A stretch of 64,000 nucleotides of DNA from Catajapyx aquilonaris (Eukaryota). Every line of letters begins with the position of its first letter. Positions within the stretch are counted from its first letter, which is position 1. The notes under the pieces are model-generated. The model saw nothing but the letters and a program-made list of their open reading frames with translations, had not been told where the DNA came from and did no database searches. Positions 37,871 through 52,800 of this stretch are shown one piece after another. The position numbers and the translations under genes are program-made. The DNA is taken from assembly GCA_000934665.2 (NCBI GenBank), contig JYFJ02001156.1, positions 1 through 64,000 on the forward strand, written 5' to 3'.

Positions 37871-40800
37871 CTATTGGATCACACAGCACTTGCACTTGGG
37901 CTTCTTTTTCAGGACCACATGCTCCACTTGCGTGCCATCGCCAACGGGGGCTACCATGCCGTGCTGGACCTCGACTGCTCCTGGTGTTGCTGTACCGTTG
38001 GCGCCTCCGCCTTTTGGTGGTGCTGCGTCATTCTGGTAGGCCTGTCAAATTAGAGTCCAAATTAGCATCATGGGACAGGAGCCAACACACATGAGTTAAG
38101 TAATGCTACAGGAGTTATTAATTTCCATGACACAGTGGCGCACACCACACCGACAGCTACTCAGCTTATAGTTAGATGGTCATTTGTGCAACTGTTTTAT
38201 AAAAATGATGAAATGCAAAATGTGGGTGTGCCACCGGCCTGATGTAAGTAAAACAAGACATGGTACAACTCACCAAGTCACAACTGAAACCACTTCGACA
38301 AGGATGGCTATAGGATACAAGGTGACGGGGGCAGCCAAAAAACAAGCAGCTGGATTACACCGTGTATTATCACGTAAATTACATGTCACAGAAAAGGAAA
38401 TATACGCAGGCAAAACTCTCTCTCTCTAACAATTGCAACAATACTGTGTGGCACTGGAACGGATCATGCAAATGAGGCTTCTTGGTGTATGTACATCAGC
38501 TGCCGCAACCAGAACACAATTGTAGCTGGACATCACACATCCCCAGATTGGGATTGCAGTTACAAGCAGGTTACCTTGGTGGATGTGATCTTGGAGTTTT
38601 GTGCTGGTGATCCGGCTGGTGAGGACCTGGCATCGGTGGCGTCGAACCCAGGTGGTGGGGAGGATCCAGTGGGGCTCTTGAGGACCTCTGCGATTGGTTT
38701 TCCCTCCTTGATGGCCTCTACTATCTCGTCCGCTTCTTTGCTCAGGTCCCCATCAGGCCGGAATGGATTGTCCCAACCGCTCTCCACACTAAAGTAGGAA
38801 AATGCAATTAGACACACTGAACCGCAACAATGAGGAAAATGCAAATGGCATCATCCATACTTGGGAGAAAAGCCTTGAAGAGTTCAAGCACATTTAATAC
38901 ACTCCGGCAATAACCTTTTAAAAAATCCTGCGCAATGAAAAGGCCATGCAGAACCAACTTTTTGATGAAAATGGGAAATTACTGCTCATTTTATGGAAGA
39001 ACTCGCTTGGAAATTCCACTACCTGACATTTAATGAGCTATAAATGGTATGTGTGCACCAATTATCACATGCAAGGAAGAAGATAAAAAAAATATTGATT
39101 AAAGGTCACGGCTATTGCTGCAGTATTTTTTTATGTACTGTAGAAGGCCACCGTAAGACATTTTTAGCCTGTTGTGTTGGGGTACGAAAAAAGGAGGGCA
39201 TAACAACAGCATGAGTCATGATTGGACCATTAAGGTCATTGGACCTAACTTTTTTTTTGGGGAGCACAAACCAGGTAGTATGGAAGCGGAAGAGACGTGT
39301 AAACAGTTAAAAATGCGGAGGGGTTCCATCAAACGGAAATTCTGGTCATCCCAGTGGAAACAGGCTGTGCTATCCAGGTCAAAAAGTGTCACCACAAACA
39401 AGGTGAGGGTGACCACTTTTGTCCACAATTTTTGTGTATTTTTTTACATGTATTGTCCACTGCACTGCCAAGGGGGAAAAGCTGTGAATACCAAAGTGGA
39501 CCAGACAGGACCCCCCCCCCCCCCCTTCATACCAGTAGACCAACAAAAAAAAATTCGGATAAACCCGCCTTCACGGTGTTGCCAAACAGTGCTGTAATGG
39601 CGTTCACCCAAAAAGATTGTCGCAATTAAATTCCATACACACGACGGCCCGGAAACCGTTTTAAAAGGCGCCACAATTGCGGAAACTATTGGCTCCAATT
39701 TCGAATAATTTTTTAGGCCAGTCGACGTGAAATTAATTTTCAAGCGATGTCACACCCCAAGAGTCAATGAATCTTGATTGCAAAACTACAGACTGGATAG
39801 GCTGTACCAGTTGGCAACGTCCCGAAGGTCAAACTTGGTACGTAACCAATTGGCCGCCAATATTTCGGCGCATCTCTTATTCAAGACGGGGTTTTTTAAT
39901 GCCCCCACAACCCTCCTCGACCATACCCCTGGTCCTAAAATAGGCCCTATACCTATACCAGGATGGATGGCCACTTGGCACATGTGAAGTGGATTTTCTC
40001 TAAGTGCGTGTTCCTGTTTGTTCAGACTTTGGTAAACCTTTCAAGTGCGAGAGGCATGATGTTACAGGTCATACCCATATCTTCATTTAAAAATAGGTAA
40101 ATATGTCACCCTGAGGTCGCAACCCTTGACTTGCTGAGTGGAAATGCAAATTTTTTGCCATGACACCAATGGTCCTAGAGGGGACACTTTTGACGTCACT
40201 TAATCGCCGGAGAACATTTATATTCGCGACAGGTCAACGCGACCCTGCAGACTGAATATTAAGCTATTTTTTTCGCTTCCTTTTGAAACGTTCCAGGTGT
40301 GTGCCAGTTTTAGAGGGGTCATGATTTATGACCTACCCGAAAAATGTCGGGATTTCGACATGCAACAATGCCTGTCGTTAAGGTTGGCTCAAAAGAGAAC
40401 CCCTCCCAAGGTTCTCCTTTTTTGTTGAAACTGCAAAACTTTTGTCCAGATGTCTGAGAGAAGTCCCATGCCTGGCAAAATAGGTAATTCCAGCAGCTCA
40501 ACCGCTGTGATCTGGAGTTTGAAGCAGTTTGAAACCAGCTGCAATCTCGAACGAGGCCCCATGAATAAAGTTTTACTCTCAGCCATCGTTGCAAAACTTT
40601 AGCAAAAACTTCTGCGAAACATCTACGCAAAGCCGCCAACTCCCATTGCTGATTATTGCGCGCAAAATTCCTGAAATTTCCGTCCTTCTACCAAATCAGT
40701 AGTACTAACTAAGCATTACTTGGTAGTAACTCCTTCTAACTAGCACACTGAAATGGAAGCCTGGTAGCTGCTACTATCTTCAGTTTCAGGATAGATATTT

Positions 40801-43800
40801 AGCGGTAGATAATACTAACTTGTAAGTGGAATACACCAGTAGCTGCTGCTAATTTAGTAGAACCCTTAGTCGTTACTAACTTTAGTGGCACAATTAGATG
40901 CTGCTAACTTTAGTGGTACACTTAGCCGCTACTAACTTTAGTTGCACAATTACCTGCTACTAACTTGCTGCTAACTTTGGTGGTACACTTAGCCACTACT
41001 AACTTTAGTGGCACACTTGGCTGCTACTAACTTTAGTTGCACAATTAGATGCTACTAACTTGCTGCTAAATTTGGTGGTACACTTAGCCGCTACTAACTT
41101 TAGTGGCAGGATGTAAAATAACTAGATTTAGTGACAGGTCATAAACTGTCCTTAACTGCTACTAAATTTAGGGAAGAACCCTTCGATGCTGCTAAATTGC
41201 GAAAACACGTCGTATCGTCTAATACCTGTTGTACTATTAGCGTCAGTAACTCGGAAGGAAGACACTTTTTAAGACGCACTTTACTGCCTCTCTACTAATA
41301 GAAGGACGGGGAAAACCCGGTTGCGAGTAGTGCCAAATTATGCCACACGTCCGTTTCCCATGTTTGCCAATCTAAGGTGCAGCCACCTCTCTATCGACTT
41401 CATTCGCAAATATTATCACTTGCCAGCCCTGTATACATAGACAGCGGTGTTCATTCGCGTAATTCGAGACCAAACATTCCGTGCGCCGGACGCAACACTT
41501 GGGTGTTGTATTCCGCCCTCTTACTTCAGAACCAAAGTCTAAATTGTTACTGGCAAGGGTGCCAATTTCTCACATAAGCATTGTCACGTTATTACGTCAC
41601 ATAAGTTTGTAAGCATGGTTATTTCGACTGGAATTGACGTAACGATCACTTCCCGCTCGGGTCCACTTTATCGCGAACACGTCTTAACCGCGTCTCAACC
41701 GCGTCTCGACCGCGTCTAGCCCACGGATGCCAACTGTAAATCACGCGACCAGTACAACGATGCCAACCTGGTAATGTCAATCCTGGGTCCCGTAACCACA
41801 TAATAGAGCACACCTCCGTGGCTGGTTGATGACATGTCCGCGCCACTAAAACGCGTCTTCGTCGCACGTCATGACAAACGTGGGTACACTGTACGGCCGC
41901 ACTGCACCGCTCTCTGGCTGCTGGACCACGACTGGCATCAACTCTGACGGGAGTCTGATTTAAAATTAGACGCGACGGGAAGTCGGGGGCCTGCTCCTGC
42001 TGCCATGGCACACACACACACACAGTACAGGGTGTTTAGTTCGTGGTTCAAATGGGGAGGAAAGATTCGCAATCAATGGCCGACTGGGACTGACTGCCAG
42101 CGAAAATGGCGTCGCACTTTTTGGATGGCTGGTGGGGGTTGCATCTCACTCGGAGCCTGCGCAAACTTGGGGCCATATCGACTCAAACCACCAACTGAGA
42201 GTAGGTGGCTTCACTTATTCACACAAAAAATATATACACCTGTACACGCGATTTTTCTGGTACATTTCAAGGGCGTGGTTTGCCAAAAAAATTCCGACTC
42301 TATGACATCATGTGGCCCCATTCCTTCTGTTGCTAGGTGGCACGTGCTTATTTTTTTTTTGCAGTTTTCGCTTTGATCTACAGTTTCTTCAAACAAGATT
42401 TGGGCAGTCATGTCATGTGACCAGCAGGAGGTGCTATGGACAGTTGAGGCAACACCTTTTTTGGGGGGGCCAAATTCGAAATTCATGGCCATTACGAGGC
42501 GTTAGAGATTGCATGATGGGGGATGAAATATGTATTGGTAAAGGGCTCTCCCTGGCAGGAATCCATCTTGCGGTTGCATATGATGAAGCAGAGCATTAAT
42601 AACAGGCTTCCCACCCTCCCGCGGATGATTGAATTAAAGGCCTGCCAAGCGCATTCTCTTCAGGTTGGAAGTCTGACGTCAACTGCTTCGTTACCAGGTA
42701 ACCAGTGAAACACGTCCCTCCACACATTGAATGTGTCTGACTATTTTTTTGGAAGAAAAAAAAAATCAGACACATTCAAAGTGTGGAGGGGTGTTTCACT
42801 GGTTTTGCCCGGATTCCATTAGTTGCGTCCGCTCGGATTGAAGTGCTGGGACATTGTGTCCCGAAGCACTTGTTCATTACCCTTCGGGGGTTGCAATGCA
42901 GGTTAATGCACCTCTCGGGGGGAAGTGTGCGGGATATTCAGTCTCGTATTCCAGGATTACAGACTCTTGGAAGGTCAGCATAAGGAAGTGGGAGGTCATT
43001 TCCCTCGAGGTGATGCAGCCAGAAAAAGGTGGGAGTTGACGAATTCTTTCTACCAGACAATGACATTCCCGACAGCATTGTGTCGAGGGTCGCAAAAAAG
43101 TCTAAATAAGCCCCACTTCTGACAATAGTTGATTGTTCCGGCTTGTTGTGCATTAACCTGCAATTAACCGACTTGCAGTGTTTAAAAGACGTCGCATCTG
43201 TTGCACATAAACTGAGAAATAGGTAGCTGCAGTGCTACACCGGATTTCCTAAGAAATTACCTCGTTGGTACCTCAAGTAGGGGGCCACCTCTTTCAACCA
43301 AGTCAATTACGATGCAACGCATCACTTCGGAACAATTGACCCAATCAATTTTCTCCAGCGCTTAATAAGCTTGTAGGCGTGTATGGGAAGCCTCTATATG
43401 TGACGTCATCCGCATGTGTAATGAGCTCCAATTTGCATCGCCAATTTATATCGCCGCGTTTATTTTTAACCCTAACCGGTTATTAACCACCTCCTTTGCC
43501 CTGACCCAGAACTTCAGGATTGCTGGATCGCTGAACATCAATGGACAAATGTCACATAAAAAGTAGTGCGACAACACTTATTACTGTCGTATTTTAATTG
43601 TGAAATCTGCTAGGCGATTTTTTACTAATAGCAATCACTGCTACTTGTAGTAGCAGTGATTGCTCCTAGTCAAAAATCGCCTAGCAGATTGCACAATTAC
43701 GACAGTTTTTGTCGTATTTCTGGACACTAGCCACAAACTGTCGTAAATTACGAGCATTTCGTCTTGAATCCAACCCAATTTTTCAGATCTCAAGATGGCA

Positions 43801-46800
43801 ATTTTATTTTGGGACAGCTCTCGAGAGACGGCCAGATGATGAAGTACGATCAATTTGGATTAGGAATGAAGCGAAGAGGTAAAGTGGAAATGACACCCAT
43901 TTCCCCTTCCAAGGGATGGTGTGGAGTAGGAGGGGGATAGAAAGGGAGGCACCATTTCCTCGCTCTAATTCTCTCTAATTACATCTTACAAGAGGCGACT
44001 CCCAACTCTCGCCTTGAACTTCGCTCTTCTCCAGCAGGGTGGGATTCTGCCTGGAATGTGACGAGCCAACACCACCTCCATTTAAAACCCAGTGGTCGGA
44101 TCTAAATCCGCAAAAGCGCTCAAGGGGTTTAGAGGTCATTGGCTCCCATGTTTACATTATTATTCCCAGCCACTTGAAAAAGTACGCAGGGTTGCGACAC
44201 ATTTGGATCAAAAAAATGGCGGAACCCATGTCACACATTTCCATTGATATCATTTTTCGAACGGAAATTGCGATGCCCATGTTGCAGTTACCAGAATGTA
44301 CCATATCCCACCAGTGAGGATCTGGAAACACTGTAACTGGCCGGTTCCGGAACGGGCCCAGTTTCCTGCATATGTGTGAATGACCCCAATTTTTTTTTCT
44401 CGAACTTTTTCTCTGCAGGGGGATTCTTCCCTAAATCAAAAAAGAGGGCTGGAACATCGTATGAACTAAGACCACACCCCATCTGAAGGGGCCGGCGTCC
44501 TGTGGAGAAGTTGGGCAAGAGCCAGGAAAACACCGTCGAGTCGTCATTTCCACAGAGGCAAATGAATTCCAGGTCCGCCCCTCAAAGGTCGCCACCGGGG
44601 ACGCGTTTACTCCTGGAGTTATTGACCTCTTGGACATCTATTTTATGGATGGGGAAAATGTCTCCTTACTGGCCCATAAGAAAAACTAGAGACAGGAATT
44701 GTACTCAGAAATCTGTGGGGCGCCTAGAATTATTGACAGGCCAGAAGGGCGTCTCCGAAATGGAATTCCAGGCTGCCTGTTAGCCCAATGGGGGTTTGGC
44801 TCTTTGGGAGGCTATTTTGGGATAAAAGCAAGACTGCAAAATATCGCGGGGTAGTTAGCCCACTAGCTAAAAAGGGCGCCGAAATTCCTGCCGTCGCTCA
44901 CTCCTAATTCATGCACTCAACATAGCAAAAAAACGAACAGAAAAAAACTTGTGTGTTTAAATATGTCCATCACGTATCGAACTATCTTGCCTACATTTTA
45001 CAATATCGTACAGGTTTTAATTTTACATTCCGAAATCTGGAAATCAGTCTCGTCATGTGTTGCTATGCTCGAGGGCTAGCATGTCACGATTGGAAATAGA
45101 CTCTAGCATGTGGTGCAACAGCTGTTTGGCCTTGAGAATACCAGTAACTGTCAGAAATGCAGAAGCGGAAGCTGTACGTCAGTTAGGTAACTCTCTTTCT
45201 TCTTTTTCTGCTGCCTTGTAACTGTGTCAGCAGCATCTCCCCTTTTTCAGTTGGGAAGGTACTGACCTGACTTGTCGAGCGTAGGGTGACCCGGAGGGGT
45301 CCAGGTGGGTGGGACTGGGTGAGGTCATGGCCACATCCAGGTCTTCGGCCAGGTCAGATGGCTCCGGAGAGCTGACCACAAGGGGCTTCTCACACTCGAA
45401 GAAGGTCACCCGAACTCTGGACGCAGACTTTCCGCCTGCTGACAACGGGGCTCCAGTGCTGCTCTGGACTCTATTGAGAGAGAGAAAAAAAACATGAGGT
45501 TAATTCCAATGAAGCAACGTGCTCATGACAATATGACATGAGAAAACCCTGATACAAATCCTCTTAAATGCCGATTAAATCATACGTGCCTGTGGGTGCG
45601 TATATAAACACACCAGCAGATAACAGGCAAAGGATTATCTGACCGGAAAAAAATGGCTGGTGACATTTACAATCCATAAATTTCATGTGCATGTGCATGT
45701 GAGCTGACACGGAAACAGTTTCTTTTCCCCCTCTATATACCCCCCACCTGAAAATAGTCGTATCACGTGACCCCCGGGCCAAACTGCACACCTGTATATC
45801 GATTTGCAATTGCACAAAAAGGACATGCAATGGAAGCAGTAGGGTGCACTTAAGCTGGCTCATTACTCCTTCATTACGCCAAGGACGGATCCCAGTCGAG
45901 GTTAATTATTTCGCAAAATGTGTGTGTTCTTTGCGAGTCTCCTGGGCAGAATTCGCATGGAATGCACCTGCTGACAATTACTTTCCTCTCGGTGCATGCT
46001 GGGAGTGAATGAGTCATGGGGAGGATGCAGTACTTGCATTAGGCGCTATTCATACTGTGTACGCCATGCTGAGTGCAGCTTCATTACCATCATTAGGCGC
46101 AAAGGCGTAATTTTTTGGGCACTATCTGAACGACTGATTGCTGTACATAATGAGCCCGCAATTGTGCAGTAATACCTGCATTTAATGAAAAATTAACGAG
46201 CGACTTGGGCATTACACTATAGCCTGTACAGAGGTGTTCCAATATTAAACAGTGATTAGCCGCCATAACTGTGTGTAATTAATATGCAGTTTATGGGCTA
46301 GCACATATCTACTGTTAACATTCAGGTCAATTAAATTGCGACCATTATGTTCGACCCTTGACCTCGGTACCAGCCAGTGCACATGAAGTGATATTATTTC
46401 ATAAACAGTGTTTGTTTTTTTTACAAAGCAGCTCAGAGCCATTTGCAGTAACTATTTTAGTTCAATTGAACACACTCCCATTGCAGCTTCCAGTTGCATT
46501 AGTATAATGATCGTTTGGTTTTAATTGCCGGCAATCGAATCGAGACAGGTGCAACGACCTGCAATAAGTCCGAGCAATATCTCCGATGGCCTGGACAGCC
46601 CACTGCCCACACGGGGGCTGTGGCACAGTCATTGCGACAAATGCAAACAAAACTGGTCGATATACCCACACTTTGTGCAAACCGGTCTGCCGGGCCCATA
46701 ACTTACGGACCCTGCATGTTCAAACAGGGACAGTTTTTTCTAGTTGTTCTGGCAGTAAAATTGTCGTTAAGTCTGTTCGGTCATCGTGACATTTTTCCTT

Positions 46801-49800
46801 GTCTTATGCAAGTCCATGTGTAAGAGGACAGGACAGCATTAATTTTGTCGTAATGTCAGTTAGGATTAAACCATGTACCGAACTACAGCTGTCCATGTGA
46901 ATTTCAGCTTTGGAGACTTATAGATGAAGGCCTTGTTACTTGAGAGGTGACATTGGCATTCATGGTCTTGCACCATAAATCAACCGATGACGAGTACACT
47001 AGCACACTGCATCATAATTATGCAAGTACCCATTTTGAATTGCTCTGACCACTCTACTTGTACTTGTTAAGTTTTATTTCCGCAATTTAAATCCTGCCGT
47101 TTTAGTTACGAGCTCGCCGGCAAAATTTGCACACAGTACGAGGAAACGGAGAGAAGAAAAAAAACGTCGGAAATTTCGGAAAAGGAAACCTACCTGCAGC
47201 GCAAATTCTAACTGTAACGTCGCAACATGCGATGCAAAAGTAGATAAACACGCTTCTATGCACACGCATCCAGTTCCCTTCTTTATTAAATATTCGCAAC
47301 TCAATTTTCACACTCGAATTTTCGCAAATTCATCGATCGGTGAAAAATTGCGTTTCATCTTATTTTTCCAGTGCTATTTTGGTGCACAGATTGTTGCTTC
47401 TTTTCGAAGTGGTTGCTGGAGTGAACTGTTCAATTGGAGTTGAACTGCGCGTGTAACCTCTCACAATTCCGCTTAAAAGCCAAGGTTAGGACCTGCCCTT
47501 CCCAATTTCCCAGGGCTGCTTTTTTTGGGCAAATTGCGAAACCCTTCCGGGAGGTGTCAGAAACGCAGGTGCGGTTTGGCAATCGATTTGTTCATTTATT
47601 TTTTCTAGTTCCTCCCACCTCATTCCTATGCACTGTATACGCGACAAAAGAGTTGCGTAACTATACATTTTTTTTCCAGGGGAAGTTCCCATGCGCGAGA
47701 GTGCGAGGCAGAGTCGCCAATTCTCCCACCTGTCTCGAAATAACCCGGCGCCGAGAAATTGGCAGATACATCTGCTGCATCGCTGCCACAAGTGACGTCA
47801 ATTGCCAACAGAAAACATCCCGGAAGTTGTCGTCCCAGATAGTACCAGGGAATATAATATTGATCACACTTTTTTTCTTCTTCTTCTATAGTCTAGTCCA
47901 TCAAGGATATTCGCGAAATTGTTGTTGGGTTTCTGCGGCTAGTTTCTACCTGGAAAAAGGTGGGGGGTGTCCACTTCCTGCAGACTAATGGGGGAGTGGA
48001 CACTTCCGGTTTAGTGCTGTCACCGTCCAGTTTGGTCCGGTTGACAATGCAAGCTATTTTTGCGACCAATCATCCAACCACGCAATTCGCAAATTATGCG
48101 GGGGAAAAACTGGTTCAAAACTGACAGCGACTTCTATAATATGTTCAATTTTGCAATTTTCTCGCATATTGTCAGAAATTTTTGGCGCCATATTTCAAAC
48201 ATTCTGCGCACCACATGTGTTCAAGACGTGTTGATGCGTTTAGAGCGCGTCTCTTTCTGGGAATTTCAGAGCAAAAAAATAAATACCCGCAACGTTTCAT
48301 AAAACAGTTGTTGTCCTTGACAGTTGACGCTCACCGAATGCACTTGGCACAAATACGCAAAAAACCGTCGCATTCAGGTCAGAACCGTTTGGTAAAAGCA
48401 AGGCACAAACCAACCTGGGACTAGCATCGTGTTTTCCTAACGCGGGCATCGTGTGTCGCACTTATTATCACTTTGCACACCGATCCGTCAGCACAGGAGT
48501 CAGCCTCCGTACTGGCGGTACCGACTGGCGTTGCAACATTTGAGAAACAGTGCACACGACCTTCCTCAGGGCCACCACCAACACATCACATCTGCACAGC
48601 TACACAGCACGCGTACACTCTGGCGCATCTCCATTAGGAGACTGGCAGCTGGCCTCATGCCACTTGGAAACTAACCTTCGTTGCTGTGTGCTGTGTGCAT
48701 CAAACCTTGGTATATATACGTGGCGCCACCGTACCACTGCGGTGTGCGTTGGGAGATCAATCACAAAGTCGCCCAACTGACCCCAAATGGGCTGATTATA
48801 CACCTCCGAGGTACCCCCGCGAGGTCAGCTCGGGGGGCGTGAGGACATCACGGAACTAGTCCATCAACTTTAGCCCAGATTTCTAATATAACCCGGGACC
48901 GTATAATTGAAGAGACTGGTACTGTACCAGGCCCAAAAATTGATCTGATAACGTGACGATTTCTGACACTTTTTAAATCAATCAGTCTGGTTTTACTGCA
49001 GACTTTGCATGCTTCCTGTATACAATAATATTGGAATTATATATCTCTATAGACGATTCGTCGCAGGAAAATTATAATAATTTTTCTGCGACGAATCGTC
49101 TGGTGCTGTTCATTTGAATTTTTCTGGTTATGAACATTCCACAACTTCTTGCCACATTCAATGACTTCTTAGCCGATTCCTCCGAGTCCCAGTGACCGAT
49201 TTCCTGTCCGATTCCAAGGCCTAATGTCCCTTCCTTCTTCGTAATTTACGGTTCCCCAGCCTGTCCCTCTTTCTATCCCCCCCCCCCTCTCTCTCTATCG
49301 GAATGGGCCTGCTCTCCTGCTGAGAGTTCCATTGAGCAAACTCCTCCAGTCATAAATTACCAGATAGGAGAATCCATCCCGCCTACGACGTCTAATGCAA
49401 TGATAATGGCCTCCAGGGCAATTCCTCCACTAGACAAACCGAGGGGGACACCCACTTAAGTCCATCTCAACCCATCATCCAACATAGTCCAGGTCATCTC
49501 CCAGAATTGCATTGTTGTCCTCGTGTTGGCCAAATACAGGAAGATTTTTTTTCTTCTCTTGATCCGAAATCCTGGCTTCCATTTTTTCCTGAGCTGGTAG
49601 TGCAATAATTCAGGTTTATTATCGCCGGTTTATGGCCAAGGTGTAGCGATATGGAGGACCGTTATCGCAGTTTTTTCCGCCCCCCTGATTGCTTTGCCCG
49701 TGTTTACGCCGAAATATTGTAACCGCTCGTAAATACAAGTCTCAGAGTGCAAAGGCCTCTGGCCATAGTAGCCATTTTTTTGGCAAAAAAACATATTGAA

Positions 49801-52800
49801 AATTTTCCCCTGAGAGTGTGCGTTTGTTTCCTCTTCAACTGGTAAACAGAAAGATGAATGTGCCAACTGTTTGGTTGAAAAAAAATCTTGGGGCTTCTCT
49901 GGGTAGCAAGGCAAGAAATCAATCCTGGTCCCCCGAATGAAGCCCTCAAAAGTCTTGTTCCACCGAATTAGGACTCCATTCATTTACTGGAGTCTGCAAC
50001 GGTCGGTTTGATGGCCTCGAGAAGGGGGGGGACTCTAAACTCTAAACAGGAAAATCTTGTTCTTTGCCTCCTACGAGCCTGGGGTCCATGGGATGCTGCA
50101 ATATTGGCCACCTCAACGTGTTTGCCGGTTCTTCTCTATAGCTACGATGGATGACATCATCCTCAGTTTTTTACTTTCATTTTTTAACAGCTTTACCGGG
50201 CGGAATGAGGCTCCATAGCGGCCAGACACAGCGCTTTTGGATTATTTAGCGGCTTCAATAATGCACAAGAATGCAGGCGACCTAGTTCCGTGGTGTGTCA
50301 GACGGATGAACAGTCGACGTGAGCAAACCGGAAAGGCTCGTAGGGACAGAGTCAATTCACAAAACCTTTGCCAAGAATTTGGTCAAATCGGTTGGCACTC
50401 ATGGGGTGAAGGATTTTCCCAGCTGGCGTATACAGCACCTAACAGGTGCCTCTGAAGCAGATAAAACGAGTTTGTTTACTCGTGACACACGCTTTCGTTA
50501 TTCCCGGGCCGGCTTCTCTCCCTCGGTACATTCAATAACTCGCTTGTTACCGTATGCAAATCCGCTACCTTGCACACTAACCAAGGACACTGCAGCTCGC
50601 AAAACCGCTTTTAATGGCGACCCCACGAAAAGTTTTCCTTATAACTGCAGGCGTTGCCCTCTCAGTCCAGCAGACACAGGATGCATTGTGCGCCATTGGA
50701 GACGCATACCAGCAACGGTCGCATTGTAGCAGGTTCGGAATTCCTGAGATAACAAGCTGCTAAATGAGCTTATGATAGTGTAGAGGGGGTTATAGTTGGC
50801 TCTCTCATTGAAGTGGGGGAGGGTACAAAAACATCCCAACCCACCGCCCATCCTTTAAGATAAGACCAGGGGCGCCACCTTCACAATATCCTGGATCAAT
50901 ACACACTGGCTGAGGTGGGACACTCGGCCATTTTTTTCACAGAGTCAATTTCTGGGTACACTTACAGACAAGTCAATGAAGCAACTACGTACTGGTCCAT
51001 ATTTTCTAAAATGGCAAATTGAGTGTGGTAACGAGCCATAATTAATTTCTTGTATTTTCTTGACATCACATGTCACCAGACACTTTCCAAGAGAATTTTT
51101 CAGTCACACTATTAATAGAGAATGCCATGCTCAACTTGACCCTTGCGATTAGTTGTTTCAGACACGCATTCAGTTATGTTGCTGCCTCAGCAAATTTTGA
51201 TCAAATATAGGCCTGAATCTGCATTCATTTCCTTTTGGCAGTTTCAGAGGATTAGCTTATCGAGCATTTCCTTCAGGAAGAATCCAAATCGGTTATTGCG
51301 CGATCGGCTTTTTCTATTTGCTTCAAAACCGGAAGAGGAATTAGATCGCGTAAATGACACAACTTCCGTCTTATTCATAGCTCTGAATGGCCTGAATCCA
51401 TGCGTGTCAACATGTTGTTTCCTCGATGAGTTTATGGAACAAATAACTCCAAAGGCGGAGGTGTGAATATGCGCGGAATTTTCATAATCGCCTATAGGAC
51501 GTGTCGACAAATAAACCAATGGCATGTATAACAGTTAAGCCAATGCTTACATTTGCAAACTGTTCGAGCTTCTAATTATTATTTCAGTACAACATTGTAA
51601 TCACCAGATTTAATAATCCGGTTTCAAATTCCAGTCTAAAGCAGTTGGTAACCATTTTTCAGAGGTCACGGTGCATACATACCCGATAGGCTTATCTTCA
51701 CATGACAAAGATCATCTTTAACTTCTGCTATAGCCGGATTTTGAACCTATTCGCTAAAAACACGTGAGCTGGCCTCACAGGGCGTGGCACCCGTTGCCAA
51801 CATGACATTTCGCCAAATTACGTCACTTCCACAAAAGGCCCATCATTCTCACCCACGCTAACCATACACCCCAGGCTGTCTTGTCTCCTTTTGTGCGACG
51901 TGATGATGACAAAAACTGCCTCTAATGAACCAGGGCCATTGCATAATATAATGAGTGCATGTGCACATATGTAGAATATATATGCACCGGTGCTTTAGTT
52001 TTGCTTAGCGTTGCACAACATGTATGCTGCAATGGGGCTGAGGTCAGACCTTATTTTAATAGAGTATGTGTGCGTCGCAGAACCTCTCTGAGTCTATGAT
52101 AATCCCGATCCAATTGCGTGCATCAATAAACCCCAGGCACAAGGACTCCTGGTTAAAAAGCAAGTCCAGATAAACAGCCAGAAATAGAAAATCAAAATCG
52201 GGGCCAGCTCAACCAAGAGAAGAAAAAAAATGATCAACGAGTGGTCCTACGTTGGCTTCATTTCAACAAAAAAGGGTGTTTATTCAGTCGAAATTTTTTG
52301 GGGCTTACATGTACAGTATACGATTGCACAGCGGGCAGAAAATTTTTGCTGCTTGCTGGAGCGAACAATCTGTCACTTATCCTATAATTATGTCGAATGA
52401 AATGTGTGTTAATGATGATAAGGCGGATTGGACCTGCCCTCTAATCTGATGCATAATGGAATCACTGAGTTGAAATATAGAAGCTTTAAGCGAGGAAGAT
52501 GCGGGTTGCAAACGGATTTGCCAATAGTCTTTTAAATTGCTATAGCACGCGATTGCCAAATAATGATGACCTTGGAGCTGACGGGAGTTAATCCGGCAAT
52601 AATTAGACATTATCGCACTGCTCTTCAGGGGGAGATCAGACCTGTCATTTTCAGAGATAAAAAAATGTTTCCTGGTTTTTGTTCGCCTGTTTGTTCAATC
52701 TGTACAAACGTACAGTACTATAGACATAATTTTTAATGACATTATCCGATTTGGATCATGCCATCTTATTATTTTTTTTACAACACTCCTTTTCAAAAAT

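Noticed and set aside
40845..41135. 28-bp repeats as a CRISPR array
   Set aside because: Units are head-to-tail with no unique spacers, there are no cas genes, and the context is a eukaryotic intron.
47074..48450. Nested gene in a CpG-richer intronic stretch (ORF 47434-47988)
   Set aside because: No protein-like signal. It could be an alternative promoter or enhancer, but sequence alone cannot support that.
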